Of a stretch of DNA of 64,000 nucleotides, positions 49,712 through 64,000 are shown in pieces. The notes under the pieces are model-generated. The model was not told the origin of the DNA. It saw only the letters and a program-made list of their open reading frames with translations, and searched no databases. The stretch is from Podarcis liolepis (Eukaryota). The stretch lies in the NCBI GenBank assembly GCA_965112155.1, contig OZ218102.1, one strand, 5' to 3'. The first letter of the stretch is position 1. Every line of letters begins with the position of its first letter. The position numbers were made by a program, and so were the translations under genes.

Positions 49712-50149
49712 CAGAAAGTTAAGCGCTCTCACCCACCTGCCTTTTGATGGGTGCTAAAAAATAATTCAGAAAAAACAAAGTGATGGAACGTTACAGCCGT
49801 TTCCCCACAGAAATCACGCCTGCTGTTTTAAAGCAAAATCTAATGTAACCAACACATGCGTTTTGGAGAGCATCTGAAAGAAAACAAGGAGGAAGCCCAA
49901 ATGGAAAAGGAGCAAGTCACAAAAGGACTTCCCTGGGCAACTCCTTAAAAAGTTGTGTTGTTCAAAGATCTCGATCTCCAGGAACCAAGCATCACCATCA
50001 CAAGAAAGAAGGAAAAGATAGGCACAGGAATAACATCTACATCTTTCTCTATCTCCATAAAACAGCTATAGAAAAGAGAGCTTTGGAATATTGCCGAGCC
50101 GAAATATATATCTATATCTATATATTATATATGTTTATGTATATAAAAA

Positions 50150-52438
<2,289 letters not shown>

Positions 52439-53421
52439 TAGGGAATAAATATAGGGGTGGGGGGCTCCTTTCTTAAACAAATCCACACCAAGAGCCGGAT
52501 TCAGTTCAGCTGGTGAATTAATTGGCACTATAAACCAAACATTGCTTTTCTTTTTCTTTATTTTTTTAAGTGGGAAAAATCAAATATAAGGTAGGGCTCT
52601 AAATGTTTCAGGGAAAAAGGGGGAGATTAGGGTGTGGGGTGGAGGGGAAAAGATGGCAGCGATCTGAATTGTTAAAATTTATTGGTTTTAATTAATTGGT
52701 AGTCGAGGGCACTGACTGTCTTACAGTGAGAAATCCTGCTAAATATATGGCTACCTAACCTCAGCTTTCCTTGCTATCTATTTCTCACCCTCTGTAAATA
52801 TTTAATTATGTGGGGCTATTGTAAGTAATCTGAGCTGTACGAGTTTATGTATTATTACAAGGAAACGTGGGGGCTGGGAGCGCTGAAATCACTCGCAAAT
52901 CACCAGCTCCCTGTTCTAATATTTCTTGTGTTGTCTTTTCCTTCTCCCTTTCCTTTTGGAAAAAGAAATCCCACAACCTGTCGTGTGTTTATCTAAATTT
53001 TTTTTTAAAAAAATCTAAAGCTGGCGCTATTGTGATTTGAACAGTTTAATACACTGCAAGTTTAATAACTAATACTACTGTGCAGCCGTGGAAGGTTATG
53101 TGTACACTACGTAATAAATAAGGAAAGGAAGGGAAGGTAAACAAACGCCAAATTTAGCCATAAAAGTGGCAACAAACCTTCTCTTCCTTCCAAAACTGTG
53201 TGCAAATGTACTCCTTTGCCAGGCGTTCATTTTCTGGTGAGATGCCACAGTTCGCTGTTTAAAAGAAAGATAAGAAAAATGGGGAAAGAAAACAGGCTTT
53301 GATTTAATTTACTCTTGTTCAGTAAAGTGGGGGTTAGAATTGGCTGTAGGTGTTGCTCCATACTATAAAAATCTAGGTGCCAGATTTCCAATTAGGTCGA
53401 CTTTGTTTGTTTTTGTAATAG

Positions 53422-53585
53422 GTGAAAAACCCTTTAAGTGTGAATTCGAGGGCTGTGACAGGCGCTTCGCCAACAGCAGCGATCGCAAAAAGCATATGCA
53501 CGTCCACACTTCAGACAAACCTTATCTCTGCAAAATGTGCGATAAGTCCTACACGCACCCGAGCTCCCTCCGAAAACACATGAAG
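53422..53585 (+). CDS. ZIC1: ZIC1 coding exon 2 (ZF4-ZF5)
   Basis: Acceptor tttgtttgtttttgtaatAG|; 164 nt encoding [55 protein letters not shown]; donor AAG|GTAAAT. Phase is compatible with exon 1. Confidence 0.97.
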
Positions 53586-54497
53586 GTAAATGCTAGACGC
53601 GGCCCCCCCCTTACGCTTCTCTTTTCATTGGGATCTGTTTGGGCCGGGTGGCCTTCGCCTCTCTCCTTCCACCATCGACTTTGCACACCGCTATTTACTG
53701 GAGGAGGGGGGAGGGGGGGAGGGAAATAAACATTTATTCCTTATAAACAGTAGTTTATACAGTAGTGACGCGACGTTCCGGACAGGAAACTGGGAAACTA
53801 GCCCGTATTGTTCTGTCACTCTGGAAAGGTTTATTAAAGGAGAAGTGATTACGTTTGCTTAAAGGCGTGGAAAGTCTTCGTTTCTGGAGACCCGGGATTC
53901 CAGTTCTTTACGCTGTAAATTGTCTCACAATGGATCCCGGTTTGGGCTAGCCTGGGGTTGTGCATTGCTTCAGGGGGAGAATTTAAAGAAAAAGACTCGA
54001 TGGGGAGTCTGAAGGGACACAGGCAGGCATAGAAACTCTGGGTTTCTTGTTCAAGCCTCCGCTAGGATATCGTTCTTCTTTTGTGTATCCCAGGGCCGTA
54101 TTTATCTTGCATGGCAGTTCCCTGAAATTAGCTGAGAACAGGCGATCTCGGTGTATAGTTAAGTTAAGAGCTCGGCGTTTCTATGAGATCAGCCAACATC
54201 CTGATTAGCGAAGCAGTATTTCAAACTTCACGCTTCCCCCGCGCCGCCACCCTCCCCCCACCGTGGCATTTAGAGTTCAATCTGTGAGCTCAGCTCCGTG
54301 ATTTAGCATGTTGGGCAAGTAAATGGGCCAGATGCATACGTGCATATTGTTTGCATGGGTATAACAATATTTATATATTTATCTAGCCAGGGGTATGTGT
54401 GTGTGTGTGTGCGTGCACCCAGCGATACACGTATATCTATGTGTGAATCCACACACACTTCAAGCATTTCCCTTTGTTATTCATTTCTGTTTTCTAG

Positions 54498-54695
<198 letters not shown>

Positions 54696-55760
54696 ACAAA
54701 CGAACAAACAAATGCAAAACCAACCTATTTAAAAGACTCCAAAAATTAATGAACACTTTGAAAATCGATCTTTTTGTGTGTTTTGATTTTTTTTTTTAAT
54801 GCTGCCCATAGACCCAGGACCGAATCAAATCAAGAATTCTCTCTCTCTCTTTCTCTTTCTCTCTCTCTCTTTCTATCTATCTCCCTCTCTTCTTCAATTT
54901 CTGTTGTTTTGTTTTGGTTTTGTCGTGTTTGGGGCAAAGGCTTGGAAAGCAAATGGTTTTTTTCTAGAGTGCGTGAGAAGAGCAGGGTTATTGGGCCATC
55001 TTGCCGATGTGCAGGGCTTTTTAATGGAACCACTGACTGGAGTTCTTCAACTGCATGTCTCTTTGGGCAGCGCCTTGTTTTCTGTAAATACAGAAATACT
55101 AGCTTACAATGTACTGTTTGATTTTGTAAATAGTTATACCACAAGTTGAATAAGGGGATACGTGGAATTGTGGTCTTTGCATATATATGTGGGGGGAGGG
55201 GAATAGGGGAGGGGGATAGGGGAGGAGGTTGAAAAGTGGGGGGGAAGGAGGGAGGAGGTAGCAAATCATCTATTTGTACTGAATGGCAAGGATGTTCTAG
55301 TAAATGTGTACCAAAATGTGAATTACTTTGTATTATTACAGTCTAAACGTCGACCTAACAGAATATTATTGGTATTAATGTGCTTTTTCTTTTGTATAAA
55401 GTGCAAACATTTCGTCCCAAAGTCCAGTCTAAGTAGTGCAGTAAAATGTTGTTACACGTCCTGTCAAGAAATTCGTATAGTGCAAGCCTGGATCTGCGTG
55501 TCAAACTGTTACATTTGTTTATGTAAAGTGGTATTAAAAAAAAAAAGCTATAAACTATAACCTGTCCATTGCTTTTGGCAAATACAACCACATACTGTAT
55601 ATACTTCCTAATTTCCATATTTATCCGCATGTAAAGGTCCGGTTATACATGTTACAGATATTCAATATTTATGGCTAGAAGAATTGGTATGTACAATTTA
55701 GTTTACAGAACTGTTTGGTAACATTTCGTACCTTATTAAAGATTCTGAAATCCCATAATC
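54696..55760 (+). other. ZIC1: ZIC1 3'UTR (proximal part) with candidate ATTAAA poly(A) signals
   Basis: AU-rich sequence after the stop; ATTAAA at 55533-55538 and 55735-55740. The true 3' end cannot be determined. Confidence 0.55.
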
Positions 55761-58700
55761 CGTGGTAGGAATCCTTATTGACTAAGCCTGCTGCTCTGCT
55801 GCAACTTAGCTAGTTTTCAGGACAGTAAACTACAGACTGGACCAAGAATCCTGCCCCATGACTTCCACTCCTTATCCTACTGTACTACCATTATGTCATC
55901 ACTAGACCAGCAAATTTGATATTAATGTGCTAAATTGATGTGCCCCTGCTGGCATTTAGGGTAGGATGTAATTAGTATTTATATAAAACCTTATGAAACA
56001 AAAGTTTTGGGCTGCAATATAATTTAAATGACCATTGCTGACTCCTAATAATAACAATAACAGCAACTACAGCAGAGTAGCAATAGATTGCATACGACCA
56101 TGCAAATCTTGTCGGGGGGGGGGGGAGGCTGAGGTGTTGCCACAATATCATAAAATGGATTTGTTCTTTGCTACAATCAGTAATTGCGAAAATAATTCAT
56201 ATGTTTAAATTTGAGAAGTTTTTAGGTATTATTTAATCTGAGTCATTTGAAATCACAAGTTTTTTTTTTATTCTTGCAAGGCCTTCTGCGATCCTCACCT
56301 CTTCCCCCCAAAGCCACACCATTATATTATATTCCTCTGTTTAGATGCTCCGTTCTGTGTTTGCAGTTGGTATATTTTTTTTTTACTATAATTTTGCCAG
56401 AGTTGCTCCTTACAACAGCAGCAAAATAAAACAAACCCAGAGAAGGTGGGAGGGAGTTTATGTAGTTTGATTATCTCTTTTATTTCCCCCCATTTACTTA
56501 AGAAATTCGTTCCATTGGCTGGCGGTGATACAGTAAATTTGTAAATGAGAAGACAATATATATTAAAAAAAAATCTAAATTACTTGTGCTTAATGACTGT
56601 GGCAGAACGCCTTTTTCTCTAAATCAGATTGTCTTTCTTGCAGTTTAGTTTGATAGATTTGCAAGCTGTGGTGCTTCCGTTAACTTAGCGACGCTTGTAG
56701 GAACCGCTAGGCTTTGTTCCTTGGTGTAGGTTGCGTGATCGCCCCATTAAGCAGACAACATATCAACAGACAACACAGATCATGAGCTCTCTGTGTTTGG
56801 GATATTATGTCACAGAGTGAATTGCACCTGCTGACCTCTCTTGTAGGCCAAGATGGCATTTTAACAGCTTCTTTTAAAATATAGATATTTAGAAGTTCAG
56901 CGAGTCAGCCGCAGCATCAACGGCGATGAGGATTTGGGGATAGCGAAGCTGGTTTGGATCCCCAAGTTATCTCAGTTCTTAATACGCATGTCTACTAGCT
57001 ACTCACAGTATATATATTGACCTGGTATATATTTATTATATTGTGCAGGATTTTTGTAAGTAGAGTCATGGGGGAAGGAGAAGCTTGTGTTTTGGTGTTT
57101 TGCTGGAATGTTTTACTTAAATCTACATAGGCCTCTCTGGACCCTTAGGAAGTAGGATCTGGGTCGCGGAGATGTGCTGCGATGTCTTATAGATCTTTTC
57201 AGTCGGAAAGAAACAGTTAAGAAATGGTAGAGCCTGTTTTGTGTTGTTGTTGTTTTTTTAAACTTCACTTCCTAGAAAATGTTATTCTAATGAGAAGCTC
57301 ATTTATCAGCTCTTCCAGTGCAAAGAGCGCCACCTTGCAGGGCCTACAGATACTGAAAGAAGTTCGAGAGAACCATAGAGGCTGAGCCACAACCCGGAGG
57401 AACTGCGGCCGAAAGACACGCTGGGTATTCATTTAACCCTAAAGAAATGCAATGATAAAGTTTAGTCGTCTCCAGACCGTTAGCCTTAGCGGGAACGTAG
57501 CAGTTTCAGCGATTTAGTATGCGAGCCTAAATGGAAAAGGAAAGAAGATATAGGGCAATATACAATATTATCTCCCTTACCCGCCCACCCCCAGCATGAT
57601 TGAAAGGAATCATCGTTTCATTTTTACAAAATCTAGAAGAATCTTAAAAGATAAATGCCATAGCTTCTTTGGGTGTAGATTTTATTATTATTATTCACCA
57701 GTGGTAGTTTGTTTTAGAAATATGTTTTATCTGAATGGATTGCCTGGCTACCAATACCGAGTATTCTGTCATTTTCAAATCAGACGATTTTGAACATCAC
57801 TAAAACTAAGTTCTATCTATGCTTGAAGTTGTATTGTAACCCACCCCGCGCCAAAAAAAAAACCATAGTATCCCCACGACCTATAAAACAACAGGCTTCT
57901 CGGAATAAACAGTCAGCCATACATATTTGGTTACACAACTCAGCGATGGGCGCTAGAATGTTTTAAAAGTTTAATACATTTAATTACAATATTGCATCTG
58001 TCTGGTTTTGAACAGATAAATAGACACGCATTACTTATATGTATGTGTGTGTTTATACACACGCACACACACTCTCTCTCACACATATATGGAGAGAGAT
58101 CGTGGCTTCTTGTAAGAATGCTTAATTAACTCTTTTACTGAATAAATCAATACCTGGCGAAGATCATTATTTTTTTTAAAAAAAATACTTGACAAAAATG
58201 CTATTAAGAAGAGAGGTTGCATTAAATGGCCTTTTAAACTCCAACCCAGTCTCTCATTGTGCGGGTACTTTTAATGTCTGCTTCGTGAGATGTATATTTC
58301 ATACTTTTCTTCATGGGCTATTAGGTATGGAAAGACGTGAACGCTGGCTGAGAAATATGAATTGTTAGAGTCTATTTAGCAGAAACTCCAGACAATATAG
58401 AAGCGGGCTTGTGGGGGATGGAGAGCCGCGCGTTTGGATTATTGAGGCAGCAGCCTGTAGCTCAGATGATGTTGTTTTATTCCCAGACCCCAAAGGATGT
58501 AAGATTTCTGTACGCCAATGCGGAACCTTTGAAGACCACCCAGAAACACTGACCAAAATGTGTGGATATGATTATGTTCGTGCGGGTTTTATAGGCGCAC
58601 ACACAAACCGCAGGTAGACTTCACTGGCTGCAATCCTGTGTACATTTACTTGGGAGTAACACCAATTTAACTTAGTATAATTTACAGACGAGTAAACACG

Positions 58701-60296
58701 CAATAGAAAAGATCATACTTTTATCATGCTTGCAGGCAGAAGCTGTCTGCAGCCTGAAGTTTTCATAAATATTTACGTTTTAAACTATTTTTTCCAATGC
58801 TATCAATCACCCTCCCATACTTTCTGTAAATAGAAAATAGGAGCCCGTACTTGCGAGATAGGGGATGTAATCAGAAGCAGACGTTGAAGTAAAAACCACT
58901 GATGCCAATACGATTAACTTCTGAGTATACACGGTTCTGTGAAATCTTAAAATTGAGCTTTTTAAGAAGGAGCTACATTCGGAATAAAGGGGCTTGTAGA
59001 GCAAGATCACGTGGAATTTCGACAGTAGTAGAGTGGCCAATCTGTTGCATGCTTTACAACAGGAATAATTGTGTTTACAAACGTAAAACATAAACTACAA
59101 TTCTCTCCTGTTGTTGTTTAAAAAAGAAAGTTGCTTTGCTCGAGAGCATATATATACCCCAATCCTAAATAATGCAGACGCTTGGTTTCCGCCTGACATT
59201 CCACTGAAACGATCAGAAAACGAAATTCCATTTTGAATTATTGATTTTTCACGGAAATCTGACTGAAATTCCCATTTATTTCCCTGTGAAATTCAGTTGA
59301 TTCTACTTCAAAGTAACTGTTTAGGATAGGAGTCTACGGGCAGGAGAGGGAAGAGGCAAATGAGAGGGCAAGCTGGCCTACAATGTGAGCTCTCCAAGGG
59401 AGGCGGGATGGGGAAGCAGGGATGGAATAGTTCTAAATAATAAACTTGACGCATGGTTTTCTTTGAAGTTAGTATCACAATCCCCCGAAAATCTATATGG
59501 GAAGATCTATATTTCTGGCAGAGGAGTGGTAGCTGGCGTCTTTTTGTCGAAAAAGGGAATACAGTTGTATTTAAAGGAACTGAGCGCAAGAAATGGATGG
59601 GCACTTTTACGCTTTTTCTACTTCATATACCTCCGTATACCTACACTATCCACCTATAACCGCATTAGTGCCCTGTTCGGTGTATTTATTTACTTGGCTG
59701 TGTTTATGTAGCCTTTATGCGCACATTAATAGACCTAACCTGCTCGAATGATGTAAGAATAAAAAGATATTGAGCCATTCACCAGTTACAAAGAGTTAAA
59801 GAGAGTCAGATAACATTTTCGAGAAGAAAGCAAAATAAGGCTATGAAGCTTTTGATGGCGATTTGCGGACAAAGGGTGTGTGCAGAAATTAGATTTTTTT
59901 TTATTTAAAGTAGGCAGAGGACAATTTATTTATCACTCAGAAATCGTGACAAACCCACTCTTTTTACACCTGCTGAGATTCCTTTACATGGGTTTTCTAT
60001 AGGGCCTCCTAGTTATGATTTCCCCTGTTTATATAAAACTTTTGTTTGGGAGCTAAAAATATACCAGATACATACATAACTGTTATCTAATGTGCATCTA
60101 ATGGACAACTATATGGTTTAGCTGTAAATTTCATGCATACTGGTTCAAATCACATATCCCTGCTTGTTTTGCATTTGGTAACTTCGCATTTTAATTAATT
60201 TTTATGTGGCTTTCCTCCCACATTGCCTCTGATGCTTTTTTGTGTGGTCTTACCGTAGTACACTCTCCCCCTCCCCCTCTTGACGCTGTCTATCCA

Positions 60297-60334
<38 letters not shown>

Positions 60335-63300
60335 CTCACTCTTAGACGTTTGCTACTTATTCCACTTGTTAACTTAAGTGTGTGTACATGTATGATTATA
60401 AAGAGACCAATATAATAAAATAAAGAAATGCTTACTTCTCTATTCATTTTAGAAAATAAATAGGATGTACGCACACACACACACACATTATGCTTCTTGT
60501 GTACAATTGTAATATGCCCATTTCTTAATTTTATTAATGTATATCTCAATCTATCTTTTCAATCTGTCTCCTACACAGTACATAACATAATACATAAGCA
60601 CTAGATGGTCAGGATATAAATCTTTGTGTAAAATAATAAACAAATAATAAACAATTCCAAAATAATAAGTCAATTCAATCTTTAAACCCACCCTTCCCCT
60701 TCTAGGTTCTGTAAGTCAGGCCTGCTTCATCCTCGATTAACAAGAAACAGGATCATGTGAAACCAGAGGGCTATTTTTACCGTGCAGCTGGAAGCTGTCA
60801 TCAATTGGTAACATTTATTTCAGCCTTAGAATGATAGTACAAAATAGCATGAAGTTTCCAGATGACACCCCTATTGGAGGCAGTGTTTTTGAAGAATAAT
60901 AAATCAAATTAACTACCCAATCATGCTGGCTTCTCCAAGATAATGTGTGTGTGTACACACGTTATCCTGGGAGAGTCTCTATTTATATATGTGTAGTGTG
61001 TGATAATCTTGCTTGCTAGGACACGATCCGGCAAAAATAAAGCACTTTGAAGTCACATTTATTTCAGTGGGAGTATGAAGCATGGGCTTATACCACTTCC
61101 CTTGCAAGCAATGTGCTTAATGTTGTTATGCATAACAATTATTTAAATATGGATTATACAAGACAGACGCATTCAATACCTGTGCTTGTTTTTGTTTGAG
61201 AATGTCCTTCTACGACCCATTTTTTTGGACAATACTTTTAATGATATTTATTATGTGTCACCCAATTCGGTTATTTCTCATGTACGTGCGTTTTAAACCG
61301 AGACAATTTAAAAAGGCAAAGGGCAACGACAGAGAAATAGGGAGGGAAAAATAAACAAACAAACAAATAAATAAATTGCATTAAACACACACATACACAC
61401 ATCCCCCGCCACACAAAAAAACCCCCAAATAAACCACTGTAAGGCCACGTGGTTTCTTTTCGATACTGCTTCTTTCACGACAAGTGAATCTGGGGATTTG
61501 GAGATAGGTAACGTATTCTGCTTTGCTTTTTGTGAAGGAGAGTTCCTGGAAAACAAGAAAAGACCACGTTTTTAGAAGCTTCGCTGTGCTTTCTGGCTAC
61601 ATCGGGGCTGCCAGCGGTCTCTTAAAGAGTTTTCCAATGCCACACATGAAACAGGCTGCTCTCTTTAAGAACACACAACGCTTGGCGTTAGATGTAGACT
61701 CTACGCGCATGCGCCTTCCTCAAGCTCGGGCACAGCTTCCACGTGCTGTTGCATATTTATAACTCTCAGCACTTCCTAAACTGTCTAGAGAAGGTAACCA
61801 CACAGAGCCTAAATCATCGGGAAACCGTTGGCGAGGCTCCCAAAATAGTTTGGTAGGGGAATATGCACGTGTTTGTTTTCAGACATCTATGGTTTAAGCA
61901 ATATCGTAATACAACAAGGCCCAGAAGGTTCATAAACCTTGACAGATAAACAACAAACATTGTAACACACACCCCCACCCGGAAAAAACCCCGAGAGGCT
62001 CTATAAGGCGTCGGCAGCAATAGCAGCAGCAGCAACAAGACCATTCTCAAGGAGCTTTCTGTGATCGCAGCTACTCCATGAACAATCATTCCACATCGGT
62101 TGAACCAGGAAGCCCTAGAGTTGCCACGCAGTACTGTTTCTGAAAGAAAACTTTATTTTTCACTCTCCTCACGACCCCATATATCCACATCACATAATGT
62201 CATCAAATGCATTTTATTCCACGGTTAGGTGGGCCCAACCACGCCTCTCGAATAGATCTTTCCTTAGGCCCCAGCGGTGGCTTTTTCGCTACAGAGTGAG
62301 ACCCTAACGCTTAGCTCTGGCTTGTCTGTCAAATATCCTCCAGTCTGTCCCTCCTCCCTTTCTCCCAAGCCTCTACACGTCGGACGAGCACAACCTATCG
62401 CGTTTAATGACTCCTTTAGCTGGACCCCTCAGCACTAATAATTTTCAGATGAGATGTCTGCCTAGGCCAAACGCTTTCTCTGGTCCTGGGTGCTGACCAG
62501 GAAACCCGCAATTCTCTCCGCCATTCCATCTACAAAGGGGCGTAATTTACTTCTAGATCTGCTCCTACTCATTTGGAATTAAAAGATAAACAGCGTGAAA
62601 TATGACTGGAACCTCGGACCTGGAAGTGCAGTGATTTCAGTTGGCCTAACTTTCTAGGTAAATGTGTCATTAACAACTATTTAACGTGTGTGTGTGTGTT
62701 TAAAATGAGAGTAGAGCCACCCTAATAGGCCAAAAGGGAGAAAAAGCTGCATAAATAATAGATGACTTTCTTTTTAAAAGAAGCTATTGTTTTCTAGCCC
62801 ATTGTCATAATGAGGAAATCACGCGCCAGGTACGCAGCAGTGACTGCTCGAGCTATGTTTAGCCAGCCTTACAACTCGGTCAGAGCTCTTGGATTTCACC
62901 CTTCAGCGTGCCATTAAAGTCTGTAAGAGGGCACTGACTTAATGCTTAGCGGTACTTAAGCCTCTCTGAGTTATAGGTGGGACTAAAGGCGTGTAAAATA
63001 GATGGCACCTCATACAAGACAGTGGTACCTCACTCGGAGTCAGCTTTGCCTCTCTCCCTCCCCCCCAATATAGACACACACACACACACACACGAAATCA
63101 CCAATTGTCGATGACAATTTCCTCTCATCCAGTTCACCTCAAGGTGACATCAGGTTCAGACTAGAGACTCATTTTCAAAGTTAGTGGCTGGGCTGTTATG
63201 GGTGGAGTGAAAAGGCTACATGAATAGCCTTTGACCACATCTCATTTGTGGACACTCTCTCTCCCTCCTCCCATATTTCTTCCCCCCCCTCCTCCCGTAA

Positions 63301-64000
63301 TAAAGGATCTGCCATTATGAAGATTATTTCGCCCTAAAAACAGCAAGAAAATAAACAAATCTTTTTGGCGTTCCATTTCAGACCCCTGACATCTAAGCAC
63401 TGGATGTGACAAGTAATAGCTCTGAGCCTGCAAATAGGAATAAAGGCTTAAATCTACTGTCTCGACTCCGATATCATTTACAACCATTTGTTTACACCAG
63501 GTTGGAATTTAAAACTAGAGACCTTTTTTAAAAAAATGTAGACTTCAACGACCGCAAATGTCTGTCGCAGTCCTACAACCCTGCGCCCACAGAGCATATT
63601 TTAGGCAGGATAACGTAAGAGATTTTGGTGACTTTTAAGAAGAGGATTGAAGCATAGAGAACCACACGCGCACACACCTTGATCACGTGTCCAGTCAATG
63701 TCTGTGTAAACAGATGGATTCGTTTTGTTCAAAACGTGGGTGGAGAAACCTCCGCCCCCACAACTGTTGATCATCTTCCTTTTTATCTTCCTTATTTAAG
63801 ATCACTGCATTCTAAAAACACTCTTGCAAGGTTGCTTTGTTTACGCACATTAAATTAGCCTCTTAATCTATACTTCATAGATCCAGTTAAACCCCGGTTT
63901 CTTCTTCCAAAATAAAGATGTTTAGATACTTTTTTTCTTGGGGGGGATATTAAAATGCTAGGGTAACAGAGAATAAAATGCAGAAACACAGAACAAGATC

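Overview
Vertebrate genomic DNA, most likely a squamate lizard (inferred from its SINE, CR1, Penelope and MITE-like repeats). It holds the head-to-head ZIC4 (minus strand) / ZIC1 (plus strand) zinc-finger gene pair in an otherwise gene-free regulatory region. ZIC1 has three coding exons (51326-52316, 53422-53585, 54498-54695; 450 aa). ZIC4 has a long two-coding-exon form (36638-35450, 30527-30070; 548 aa). Main observations: (1) a 253-bp tract encoding ZF1-ZF3 is 98% identical in nucleotide sequence between ZIC1 and ZIC4 while their ZF4-5 exons are heavily diverged at synonymous sites, a gene-conversion signature across a 16-kb inverted repeat; (2) ZIC4 appears to have two alternative N-termini (a long His-rich one with a ZOC-like motif, or an 85-bp upstream exon spliced into an acceptor inside the coding exon) and two alternative C-termini (read-through past EWYV, or a donor inside the Trp codon whose splicing creates the stop codon); (3) a Penelope-type minimal hammerhead ribozyme, a solo LTR nested in a CR1 tail, and a dispersed family of about 80-90 bp palindromic elements, at least one with TTA on both flanks; (4) seven short N-runs that lie in unique, conserved-looking DNA. 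All comparisons with other species are from memory and are flagged as such.
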